Source: an uncultured Flavobacteriales bacterium | GTDB lineage: Bacteria > Bacteroidota > Bacteroidia > Flavobacteriales_G > Salibacteraceae | Direction of reading: 5' to 3' | Length of the DNA stretch: 64,000 nucleotides | Assembly (NCBI GenBank): GCA_937121175.1 | Contig: CAKZKD010000037.1 | Coordinates: 32,000 to 95,999, forward strand | Shown: positions 22,601 to 30,223 of the stretch, piece after piece | Layout of the letters: each line of letters begins with the position of its first letter | Position numbering within the stretch: position 1 is the first letter of the stretch | Position numbers and translations under genes: made by a program | The notes under the pieces: model-generated | Database searches by the model: none | What the model saw: only the letters and a program-made list of their open reading frames with translations | What the model was told of the DNA's origin: nothing

Positions 22601-22762
22601 AGCACCTCCAAACGAATTAACAACTCCAGAATCGGGGTGTAACCACAAAATGATGTTGGCATCGCTTCCCACAGCTGATGGAGGGTTAATAGCAAAAACG
22701 TTTTGGGTTAACCATAACAATATTGCAATTGAAAGTAGGTGTTGAACTGGATTTCTTGACAT
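19655..22762 (-). CDS. Large secreted LamG/concanavalin-like domain protein with a T9SS C-terminal domain
   Basis: 1035 aa with a signal peptide. The N-terminal LamG-like jelly-roll includes LTLVWKDGERLLVYINGVL and GLIGEVIFYNKKYS. The C-terminal tail is LKIFSTSGQLVE...GTYILELLD...IKVIY. Confidence 0.75.
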   Translation of the reverse strand: MSRNPVQHLLSIAILLWLTQNVFAINPPSAVGSDANIILWLHPDSGVVNSFGGAASIGQDVAEWRDISGNGFNFTNSFTNRRPVLTTYNSKRFLDFTSGDFFENTAIRDSINGLDEFSIFMTIKSDRINTDKGFMDSENPNGSDNKLCLRYDRRGANTGRSNLLKTGLNGNSSVNQVETQSNTQTTTVQTLTLVWKDGERLLVYINGVLNDSSNATIAAPLAGINKIIIGKGPKDSGGGLGGGSGWDGLIGEVIFYNKKYSADTIQQVASQISSIQSVKTGMWNDPTTWDCNCVPLDTYDISINSSHTVTLAGNSGARDLNVSSGGSLDLSSSNFTMSISEHFNIQGTLNERAGRISFIGNQPSYSTGSYSVYNLEVNKTESGLLLVQAGRLSIENELQVNDGIFQPNNKTTLLSTASRTARIAEVFGNISGTMTIQRHISGMGNDIGYRHFTTPFSNSTLATFQYNPSSNPGGVYTYGFTGSNKVSAGGLNSTYAFSESAAASSSDFNLGWVAAASTSESISYDNAYTFYSGGVSYPSYLLNCSGIPNVGNQPISNLTYGGSNVNAGWHLIGNPYASPINWSSVSKSGVDAVAYVFEQTEGGYIATSLLPNPNIISSYQGFFVHVNNSSNSITFRESDKSDIDVDFVRSQQKQNRLKLSAYNLTSDKKALVALDFSQYATRNFDPAYDAYKIDNPYNFPNFYISENQKEFQINTISEQDLNSPILLNLTSTQTTQMRIWIEETPEIKGCLMIHDLKTGAYYPVEDSSSFIVTVNANDTLQSRFEIEVLNGIDVMETTNESCFEYDNGKLEAEFLNFTGNWTLTNFHKEVVSAGNDEFVSVKGLAAGLYAINWSATHCGSFSENVIISQPQEIKPKYEISSILKSGDELSPNNITTGATSYNWLIDEVAFSNEAFPTFKLEKEGTYELSLEAVNGDCKNVYKTEFTVGPPDNATALSSENQEVTEFWLAEGVIYWTSHKNASQLKIFSTSGQLVEAMHIENETSKQIISELERGTYILELLDSNEDSIDRIKVIY

Positions 22763-22882
22763 TGTTAAATTCAGATTGTGCGAGCAAATTTACTGTCTCT
22801 TACTTTGCAACGGCACAATAAGTTACACGCTAATTCAAGAAATCGATAAGTTGCGAATCTATCTGTCTAGTGGTTGAAATTA

Positions 22883-23581
22883 CTACAAGTAAAAAACCGT
22901 TGGTTTTTTAGCTAAGTCTGGCTTTCGGTTTTTTAATTTTTCGATAGGTAGGTTTATGATTTTTTGCTTCGAGGTTTGCAAATTTGTAGCGATGGTAAGA
23001 ACGGATTGATTAGACAAAACCGCGATTAGGTCGTCCAATAATCCATTGTTGCGAAATGGTGTTTCCATAAAGATTTGAGTCTGACCCTTTCTCGAATCCG
23101 ATTCCATTCGCTTGATTTTGTGCATTCGGTCCGATTTGTCTTTAGGAAGATAGCCATGAAACACAAACGATTGTCCCGATTTGCCAGAGGCCATTAAGCC
23201 CAATAAAATAGAGGAGGGGCCAACTAAAGGAATTACTTCAATGTTTTTTTTGTGAGCTAACTCAACAACTACAGCTCCTGGGTCAGCTACAGCTGGGCAT
23301 CCTGCTTCAGATATCAATCCAATATTTCGACCTTCAAGGGCATTGTTCAAGTACAAAGGCGTTGCGGCTTCGTCGGAGTGTTTGTTCAGTGGATGTAAAA
23401 TCAAGTCATTTAAAGGGTGGGGATAGCCAATTCGTTTTAGGAAATGGCGTGCCGTTTTTTCCTTTTCTACAATGAATTCAGTTAGGGAGTGAGCTGCTTC
23501 TATTGTTTCACGTGGTAAAATTTCCGATTCGTTATCTCCACCTAATCCACAAGGAATAAGGAATAGTTTTCCGTTAGCCAT
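22883..23581 (-). CDS. SAM-dependent methyltransferase, tetrapyrrole-methylase fold (RsmI/YraL-like)
   Basis: LFLIPCGLG, GLISEAGCPAVADPG and IPLVGPSSILLGLMASG are typical of this family. Confidence 0.75.
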   Translation of the reverse strand: MANGKLFLIPCGLGGDNESEILPRETIEAAHSLTEFIVEKEKTARHFLKRIGYPHPLNDLILHPLNKHSDEAATPLYLNNALEGRNIGLISEAGCPAVADPGAVVVELAHKKNIEVIPLVGPSSILLGLMASGKSGQSFVFHGYLPKDKSDRMHKIKRMESDSRKGQTQIFMETPFRNNGLLDDLIAVLSNQSVLTIATNLQTSKQKIINLPIEKLKNRKPDLAKKPTVFYL

Positions 23582-24038
23582 TTTTGATGTTTTTCGCTAC
23601 CTTAGCGCAGGCTTCGTTTATCATTTGATACACATTTTCAAAACCTTGCTCACCGCCGTAATAGGGGTCGGGTACTTCCAAAAATTGGTCTGGATTTGAA
23701 ACATTCAGCAACAATTCAACCTTGGCTTTATCGTCTTCGCCTCGGGCCAATTCCAAAACGTTTCGGTAATTGCTTTTATCCATGACATAAATAAGGTCGA
23801 AGTTGTCGAAATCGGCTACTCCAAATTGTCGGCCACGCAAACCAGATATGTCAATATTGTGTCTTGCTCCGGACTCAACACTGCGAGGGTCAGGAGATTG
23901 GCCAATGTGAAAATGAGCCGTTCCAGCGCTGTCAACCATTGCATCGAGATTATACTCTTCGATATTTTTACGCATGATTCCTTCTGCTAGAGGCGAACGA
24001 CAAATGTTGCCCAAACACACCATTAGAATTTTAGTCAT
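23574..24038 (-). CDS. Low-molecular-weight protein-tyrosine phosphatase
   Basis: The P-loop CLGNICRS (CX5R-S) lies at the N-terminus and DPYYG near the C-terminus. Length is 154 aa. Confidence 0.9.
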   Translation of the reverse strand: MTKILMVCLGNICRSPLAEGIMRKNIEEYNLDAMVDSAGTAHFHIGQSPDPRSVESGARHNIDISGLRGRQFGVADFDNFDLIYVMDKSNYRNVLELARGEDDKAKVELLLNVSNPDQFLEVPDPYYGGEQGFENVYQMINEACAKVAKNIKNG

Positions 24039-24809
24039 CTATTTCTTCTTAAAAGCATTAATGGCATTTCTTGTAAAATCGCTCAAGACCAATTTTCCGC
24101 TCATGGCTGCTCGCTCACTCAGTAAAGTGTCCCAGTGCTCGGTGCCTTCCCAAAATACCTTTTTGAGTAACTGCATAGCTTCAGGATTTGATTTCGCTAG
24201 TTTATTGGCTAAAGTTTCAATTCCTGCATCCAAGTGTTCAATCGAATCAAATATTTCGGCATACAAACCTTGTTGTTTTGCCCATTCAGCAGAGTAGAAT
24301 TCTGATGCGTTAATAGCCATCATACTCATAGCGCTGGTTCCAACTTTGCGTTCTACAGCTGGGCCAACTACAAATGGTCCAATACCAACAGCTAATTCGC
24401 TTAACTTGACTGATGCAAACTTGGTCGCATAGCAGAAGTCAACAGCACTGGCCATACCAACGCCACCGCCAACTGCCTTTCCTTGAACACGTCCGATAAT
24501 GAATTTCGGGCATTTCCGCGCTGCATTTATCACATTCGCAAATCCAGAGAAAAAGACTTTTCCTGTCTCTAAATTGTCAATGGAAATTAATTCATCGAAT
24601 GACGCTCCAGCACAAAATGCACGGTCACCAGCCGATTTTAGAATGATTACGGAAATATCGTTATTGTTTCCTGCATCGGTTATGGTATCTGCTAATTTCG
24701 TCAATATCTTACCGGGTAAGCTGTTGCTCAATGGGTGAAAAAATTCTATTGTTCCTATTCCGTCTTTAACGGTAAGTTCTACTGAACCTTGATGTATTGC
24801 TTCGTTCAT
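24039..24809 (-). CDS. Enoyl-CoA hydratase/isomerase (crotonase) family protein
   Basis: Crotonase-fold blocks are FCAGASFDEL and GKAVGGGVGMASAVDFCYA. It lies next to paaZ. Confidence 0.85.
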   Translation of the reverse strand: MNEAIHQGSVELTVKDGIGTIEFFHPLSNSLPGKILTKLADTITDAGNNNDISVIILKSAGDRAFCAGASFDELISIDNLETGKVFFSGFANVINAARKCPKFIIGRVQGKAVGGGVGMASAVDFCYATKFASVKLSELAVGIGPFVVGPAVERKVGTSAMSMMAINASEFYSAEWAKQQGLYAEIFDSIEHLDAGIETLANKLAKSNPEAMQLLKKVFWEGTEHWDTLLSERAAMSGKLVLSDFTRNAINAFKKK

Positions 24810-24834
24810 TTTTTGTTATTCATTAAGTACCAAA

Positions 24835-24860
24835 CCGTCATTCCCGCGAAGGCGGGAATC
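24835..24860. repeat. REP-like hairpin element CCGTCATTCC-CGCGAAGGCG-GGAATC
   Basis: An 8-bp stem, ATTCCCGC/GCGGGAAT. It belongs to the same family as the element at 25157. Confidence 0.8.
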
Positions 24861-24882
24861 TGTTTAGCGATATAATAGTTTA

Positions 24883-25131
24883 TTAATCTTTCTCGGTTAT
24901 TGCGTCAACAAGATTAATATTCATTCCATCATTTTTAAAACCAAGTTGCATTGAAATTGCTTCGAGTGAACTCGGGTGTTTGCCGGAAGGGCTAATTTTT
25001 AATCCTTTAATTAATATTTCATTTCGTTGCTTTTCAACTGCTCTTGATAAAAGTTCATAATGCGTCAATTTAGGATAATCTAATTTCAAACCTTCTACAA
25101 TTGCAGCAATACTACTAACTGCTTCGTTCAT
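24883..25131 (-). CDS. Hypothetical small protein (orphan) flanked by REP-like hairpins
   Basis: An 82 aa ORF that fills the gap between two copies of the CCGTCATTCC hairpin. I recognise no family. Confidence 0.4.
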   Translation of the reverse strand: MNEAVSSIAAIVEGLKLDYPKLTHYELLSRAVEKQRNEILIKGLKISPSGKHPSSLEAISMQLGFKNDGMNINLVDAITEKD

Positions 25132-25156
25132 TGCCTTTTTTTTCTGTTCATCTATT

Positions 25157-25267
25157 CCGTCATTCCTGCGAAGGCAGGAATCTATTCCGTAATTGTTTTA
25201 GATTCCATATAGAAGCTTCTCTAAAACTCCTTCGTCGTTATGCTCAGCTAATCTTACGGAATGACGT
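25157..25267. repeat. Composite MITE-like element: short hairpin copy plus an inverted long-core copy
   Basis: 25157-25182 reads CCGTCATTCCTGCGAAGGCAGGAATC, and 25201-25267 reads GATTCC...CTTACGGAATGACG. The outer termini CCGTCATTCC and GGAATGACG are inverted repeats. Confidence 0.75.
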
Positions 25268-25286
25268 TAATTAAAAGAATTTTTAT

Positions 25287-27335
25287 TTATTTACTCTGGT
25301 CAATTTTCTTAACCATGGTCAAAATTGTAGCTATTGCTACCGTTTCACCAGTTTCATCATAAACATCCACTAAGAACTTTACGATGCCTTTTGCAATATC
25401 GTCATCGCTACGTTTTTCTTGATCTATTTTTTCTTTAACTGTGAATTTTACTCCAATTGTAGCGCCAGCATAAACGGGTTTTACAAATCGACATTCTTCT
25501 AATCCGTAATTCAACAATACAGGTCCTTTTGCAGGATCGACAAACAATCCAGCAGCGGCAGACAGAATAAAGTATCCGTGTGCAACGCGATCTTCGAAGA
25601 TTGTTTCGTCTAATGAAGTAACATCAGTATGCGCATAGAAGTGATCCCAACTTACGTTAGCAAAGTTCACAATATCGCCTTCTGTAATGGTTCTTTTGGC
25701 CGTGATTACAGTTTCTCCCACTAATAGTTCTTCAAAATGCTTTCTGAAAACATGTTTTCCTGGATCCAAGAATTTACCACCAACTTGATATTGTTGCGTA
25801 ATATTCGTTAGGGTGGTAGGGGAGCCTTGAATTGCAGTACGTTGCATATAATGCAAAACGCCTCGTTTACCGCCCATTTCTTCACCGCCACCAGCTCTTC
25901 CTGGTCCGCCGTGAGTTAAAAGTGGCATTGGTGAGCCGTGGCCTGTGCTTTCAGCGGCGCAATCGTTGTTCAATACTAAAATACGTCCGTGCATATTTGC
26001 TGCACCAACCACATATTCTCTAGCTAGGTCGTCATTTGCCGTTATAATAGATGAGACGAGTGAACCTTTACCCATTTGTGCAAGGCGAATTGCTTCGTCC
26101 ATATTCTTGTAAGGAAGTATAGAGGAAACCGGTCCAAATGCCTCCGTTTCATGGACGTCAGTTTTATTGAATGGGTCGTCGTTTCTGAAAAGAATAGGAC
26201 CCATGAATGCACCTTTATCTTTATCCGCGCCCATAACGTCAAATTGGTTTAAGTCACCGTAAACAATATATTGACTATCAGATAATTGTAAAACCTTTTC
26301 CTTAACCTCGGTTACTTGAGTTTCGCCAGCTAATGCGCCCATTCGAACACCTTCCACTTGAGGGTCGCCAATTGTAGTTTTTGCTAATGCTTTACCCAGT
26401 TCAATTTGAACATCTTCTACCAAGTTTTCTGGAACAATTATTCTTCGAATAGCGGTACATTTTTGACCCGCTTTCACAGTCATTTCTTTTCGAACTTCCT
26501 TGATAAACAAATCGAACTCTGGAGTACCTGGTTTTGCGTCTTCTCCAAGAACTGAGCAGTTCAATGAATCTGCCTCCATATTAAACGGAACAGCTTCTTC
26601 AATTAGCCTTGGGTGAGCTTTAAGCATTTTTCCTGTGCTTGCAGAGCCGGTGAAGGTAATAACGTCTTCAGATTCTGCATAATCTAGAATTCCGTTGGCA
26701 GAACCACAGATTAACTGCAAAGAACCTTCAGGAAGTATTCCAGAAGCCACAATGTCTTTAACTACCAATTCTGTCAAGAATGAAGTGATGGTCGCAGGCT
26801 TAACAACCGCGGGCATTCCTGCCATCAGGTTAACTGCAATTTTCTCCAACATTCCCCAAACTGGAAAGTTGAATGCATTGATATGTACGGCCACTCCTTG
26901 TTTTGGTACCATAATGTGGTGACCAATAAAAGAACCGCCTTTACTTAGTGGAGCGGCTTCTCCATCGACGTAATAGGGTAAATCTGGAAATTGTTTTCTG
27001 AGACTTGCATTGGCAAACAAGTTCCCGATTCCGCCTTCAATATCTATCCAAGAATCGACCTTAGTTGCGCCAGTCGCCCAACTCAATTCATAGTAGGATT
27101 TCTTTTTTGTCATTAGGTGGAGTGCTAATGCCTTGAGCATTAGTCCACGTTCTTGGAAAGTCATTTTTCTTAAGGCTTGACCGCCTTTGGTTCTTCCGTA
27201 ATGGAGAATATCGCCAAAGTTTAATCCCGCACTAGTCGCCGTAGCCACTTTTTCTCCTGTAATAGCGTGGAAAAGTGGTTTGCCTTCATCTGTGCCTTCA
27301 TGCCAACTGCCTAAAACATAGTTTCCTAACTTCAT
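25287..27335 (-). CDS. paaZ: Bifunctional aldehyde dehydrogenase / MaoC-type hydratase, PaaZ-like
   Basis: 682 aa. The N-terminal ALDH fold includes FTGSASTG and KAGQKCTA (catalytic Cys). The C-terminal hot-dog MaoC domain includes DHFYAHTD and RVAHGYF. Confidence 0.85.
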   Translation of the reverse strand: MKLGNYVLGSWHEGTDEGKPLFHAITGEKVATATSAGLNFGDILHYGRTKGGQALRKMTFQERGLMLKALALHLMTKKKSYYELSWATGATKVDSWIDIEGGIGNLFANASLRKQFPDLPYYVDGEAAPLSKGGSFIGHHIMVPKQGVAVHINAFNFPVWGMLEKIAVNLMAGMPAVVKPATITSFLTELVVKDIVASGILPEGSLQLICGSANGILDYAESEDVITFTGSASTGKMLKAHPRLIEEAVPFNMEADSLNCSVLGEDAKPGTPEFDLFIKEVRKEMTVKAGQKCTAIRRIIVPENLVEDVQIELGKALAKTTIGDPQVEGVRMGALAGETQVTEVKEKVLQLSDSQYIVYGDLNQFDVMGADKDKGAFMGPILFRNDDPFNKTDVHETEAFGPVSSILPYKNMDEAIRLAQMGKGSLVSSIITANDDLAREYVVGAANMHGRILVLNNDCAAESTGHGSPMPLLTHGGPGRAGGGEEMGGKRGVLHYMQRTAIQGSPTTLTNITQQYQVGGKFLDPGKHVFRKHFEELLVGETVITAKRTITEGDIVNFANVSWDHFYAHTDVTSLDETIFEDRVAHGYFILSAAAGLFVDPAKGPVLLNYGLEECRFVKPVYAGATIGVKFTVKEKIDQEKRSDDDIAKGIVKFLVDVYDETGETVAIATILTMVKKIDQSK

Positions 27336-27492
27336 ATGTTCGTTTTGTTTCTGTTTTGAATAATTGACGTCTAAATTAGTAAATAGCTTGTAGTTATTAG
27401 GTGTCAGGGACCAGTAACTAGTTATTAGTTTGTTAAGTGCTGTATTATTATTCGCGGCGGTAGTTTAAAGTGTAGAATGAGGTTTTCTTATT

Positions 27493-27645
27493 CCGTCATT
27501 CGGGAAGATAGATGAAAAGCTTGAAGAATGAGAGCAATTTGAATCATCTATCTGGAATCTATATATCAGTGATTGAACAGATTCCTTACAGAAGGTTCTC
27601 TAAACTCCTGTGTCGTTAGGTTCACCTAATCGTAAGGAATGACGG
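27493..27645. repeat. Composite MITE-like element of the same family as 25157-25267
   Basis: 27493-27559 reads CCGTCATTCG...GGAATC and encloses the 10-bp stem AGATAGATGA/TCATCTATCT. 27580-27645 reads GATTCCTTAC...GTAAGGAATGACGG in the inverted orientation. Confidence 0.75.
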
Positions 27646-27926
27646 TAGTAAAGCTATAAATGCAATAGAATTCTTTGTTCATTCTTATAACTATCAGAAC
27701 AAATACTAATTTCAAGAAAGAAGGTTTTTCAGAGTTAGTGTGTATTGTTCGTAATCGCATCCGTGTAACGGAAAAAGCGTGAAGAACAAAAGACACACGT
27801 TGCTTGCAAACTCCTTAAAACCTTCAAAAGCATTTTGGTTCACCTTTGCGGCTTTGGGCAAAGGTGAAAGCCTAGCCGGCTTGAGGCGAAGAAAACATGA
27901 CTAGAGCGAGAAATAGTTCTAAAGGA

Positions 27927-27992
27927 GATTCCGTACAGAAGGTTCTCTAAACTCCTGCGTCGTTAAGTTCACCTAATCTTACGGAATGACGG
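27927..27992. repeat. Third copy of the ~66-nt long-core element
   Basis: GATTCCGTACAGAAGGTTCTCTAAACTCCTGCGTCGTTAAGTTCACCTAATCTTACGGAATGACGG is near-identical to 27580-27645. Confidence 0.8.
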
Positions 27993-28052
27993 TAGAGTTG
28001 GGTTGATATTCGCAGGTAAAAATCTAAACGGGTACTAGTTGGCATTCAACGC

Positions 28053-28186
28053 GTCCTTCCCTTTCGGGAAGGTGCTGAGGCACAAAGCGGAAGGGGTTTA
28101 TATGCTCTCTAGGTCAAATACGCTTTGTCTGTAATGCTGAAACCCCTTCCGTCGCTGCGCGCTACCTTCTCAAAATAGGGAAGGAC
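28053..28186. repeat. GC-rich structured element bounded by the inverted termini GTCCTTCCC / GGGAAGGAC (copy A)
   Basis: The termini lie at 28053-28061 and 28178-28186. An internal perfect 12-bp stem joins CGGAAGGGGTTT (28088-28099) and AAACCCCTTCCG (28140-28151). Confidence 0.7.
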
Positions 28187-28325
28187 TGGCTGAGTGCTTG
28201 CTTCCAAATGTGTGCTGAAAAGACTGATTACCTATGACAATTACCAGTGATCGAATTTTTTAATGAAAAGAGTTTCTAAAAAAAATCACCATAACTACAA
28301 AAGGAGGTTATGTTGAGAGGTGTTC

Positions 28326-28483
28326 GTCCCTTTCGGGAAGGTGGGCTTTTCCTTAGAAAAGGTCGGAAGGGGTTTGTATGCCCTCTAGGTCAATTACGTT
28401 TTGTTTGTAATGCTGAAACCACGCGCCCCACGCACATACCCGCTCCAACCTCCAAAGGAGGTTTGCGGTCAGTAGGGAAGGAC
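28326..28483. repeat. GC-rich structured element, degenerate copy B
   Basis: It shares CCCTTTCGGGAAGGTG and CGGAAGGGGTTTNTATGCYCTCTAGGTCAANTACGYTTTGTYTGTAATGCTGAAACC with copy A, and has the 3-prime terminus GGGAAGGAC at 28475-28483. The 3-prime arm of the 12-bp stem is lost. Confidence 0.65.
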
Positions 28484-28604
28484 CTAATGAGACTAGTTGG
28501 TGTAGTGATGAGAATTAGATATTGAAAACTATGTCACTCGTTACTAATCAATACTAACTTAGACTTAAAACTCCTATATTTCGCCTTTCATTTTAAAGCA
28601 GATT

Positions 28605-29312
28605 ATGGCTTCAGCAGAAAGTAAACTTTGGTACCTAGAACAGATAAATATTTTTCGGGATTTAGAGCCAGAAGATATGCAACGTATAGACGACCATACT
28701 AGCATGCGTTCTATGGAAAAAGGGAAATATATCTATTTCCCAGACGACCCTTCAAAGGTTGTTTTCTTACTCAAAAAAGGAAAGGTAAAGATTGGAACTT
28801 TTAGTGATGATGGAAAGGAAATCATAAAGGCAATTCTTGAGCCTGGAGAAATTTTTGGGGAACTGTCTATTATGGGTCAGGATAAACGAAAAGATTTTGC
28901 GCAGGCGTTGACCACCGATGTGCGCTTTTGCGCAATTGGTGTAGAGGAGATGAAAGAGATTTTGATGTCTAGCCCAAAGTTGAATTTTGAAGTAATAAAA
29001 ACTATTGGGGACCGCCTGCAAAAGGTTGAGCGGAGGTTAGAGTCTCTAGTTTTTAAAGATGCAAGACAACGTATTTTGGAATTTATTCACACCAATGCAA
29101 CCGAAAGAGGAACAAAAGTAGGTTATGGTCTAAAGTTTAAACACGATCTTACCCATCAGGATATTGCAAATCTGACTGCTACATCAAGGCAAACTGTTAC
29201 AATTGTCCTCAATGAACTGAGAGAAATGGAACTTATAAACTTTGATAGAAAGAGCGTTTTGGTGCATGACATTACTGATTTTGATAAAGAAATCAGCAAA
29301 TACAACCAGTAG
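28605..29312 (+). CDS. Crp/Fnr family transcriptional regulator
   Basis: The cNMP-binding fold includes GEIFGELS. The C-terminal HTH is THQDIANLTATSRQTVTIVLNEL. Confidence 0.85.
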   Translation: MASAESKLWYLEQINIFRDLEPEDMQRIDDHTSMRSMEKGKYIYFPDDPSKVVFLLKKGKVKIGTFSDDGKEIIKAILEPGEIFGELSIMGQDKRKDFAQALTTDVRFCAIGVEEMKEILMSSPKLNFEVIKTIGDRLQKVERRLESLVFKDARQRILEFIHTNATERGTKVGYGLKFKHDLTHQDIANLTATSRQTVTIVLNELREMELINFDRKSVLVHDITDFDKEISKYNQ

Positions 29313-29313
29313 T

Positions 29314-29571
29314 ATGAAGTATCAATTATTTGTAGGTGAAAATTGCCACGATTGTCAAAAAGTTCAGAAAACCATTATTGAGTTAGGATTGAAGATGGAC
29401 ATTAAGAATTTGGATAAAGGAGATGTGGCTCCAATGGACTTGTTTATTCTACCAGCACTGTTAACGGAGTCTGGTGAATTGAAAGCTTATGGAATCGACA
29501 TCGTCGAATACCTTAAGGAACAAGAAAACGAGAAACCCAATAAATCCTGGTGGCAGAGGTTGTTTGGCTAG
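29314..29571 (+). CDS. Small thioredoxin/glutaredoxin-fold protein (CxxC)
   Basis: The start is taken at MKYQLFVGENCHDCQKV, a CHDC redox motif at the position typical of glutaredoxin-like proteins. It begins 2 nt after the crp stop. Confidence 0.55.
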   Translation: MKYQLFVGENCHDCQKVQKTIIELGLKMDIKNLDKGDVAPMDLFILPALLTESGELKAYGIDIVEYLKEQENEKPNKSWWQRLFG

Positions 29572-29686
29572 TTGATGTCAGCTCCAAGAGACTAGCGGCA
29601 TAGCTATTAGTTGGAGCGGCTATTTTCTAAAGTTGAAACTTCTAATTTGAAAGCTTGTGTTTCCAATCAATCTCTAATTTTGCCCT

Positions 29687-30223
29687 ATGCTCGAACAATT
29701 GCGAATGGCTTATGGGAAGCGTGTTCTAAAAAACGCGGTGACAAGACCTAAAAAGGTGCAATCCATATCGCTTGAAAGCATTCGTAAATGTGTTGTAGTT
29801 ATTGACGAGCAGGCAATAAAGCAAAAGCGATTGCAGAATGCTCATTTGATATTGGAAAACGCCAACCCAGCGTTGAACATTCATTTTATTAGTTACTCTA
29901 AAAAACCGAACGATAAAACCACAACACCTTTCGAGAAACTTGAAATACTTTACCGGAAAGACCTCAATTGGTATTACCGACCAAAAAACATGTCTGTTGG
30001 AGTTTGTGATTTATTGATTGACTTAACGCTAAAACCAGTCTTGCCATTGCAGTTTTTGACTGCAATGTCAAACTCAACTTTTAAGGTAGGGATAGACCAG
30101 ATGTGGAATAAAGAAGTGTTGAGTTTAATGATTCAGTCTAAAGAACCAGAAAAACTTGACGACACGATTGAGCAATTGGTGAAGTATATAAATATGATTA
30201 ATAAAGAAAAAGATGCAGCATAA
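29687..30223 (+). CDS. Hypothetical protein upstream of dapA
   Basis: A 178 aa ORF that overlaps the dapA start by 11 nt. I recognise no family. Confidence 0.5.
   Translation: MLEQLRMAYGKRVLKNAVTRPKKVQSISLESIRKCVVVIDEQAIKQKRLQNAHLILENANPALNIHFISYSKKPNDKTTTPFEKLEILYRKDLNWYYRPKNMSVGVCDLLIDLTLKPVLPLQFLTAMSNSTFKVGIDQMWNKEVLSLMIQSKEPEKLDDTIEQLVKYINMINKEKDAA

Noticed and set aside
25832-26922. Plus- and minus-strand ORFs inside paaZ (25832, 26042, 26695)
   Set aside because: They are out-of-frame or antisense ORFs within a well-supported 682-aa PaaZ-like coding region.
28310-28525. 71-aa ORF preceded by an AAGGAGGT Shine-Dalgarno-like sequence
   Set aside because: The ORF lies entirely within the GC-rich repeat (copy B). 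Its Arg/Gly/Pro-rich composition reflects the repeat, and the GGAGG is one arm of a repeat-associated hairpin motif. Copy A carries no equivalent ORF.
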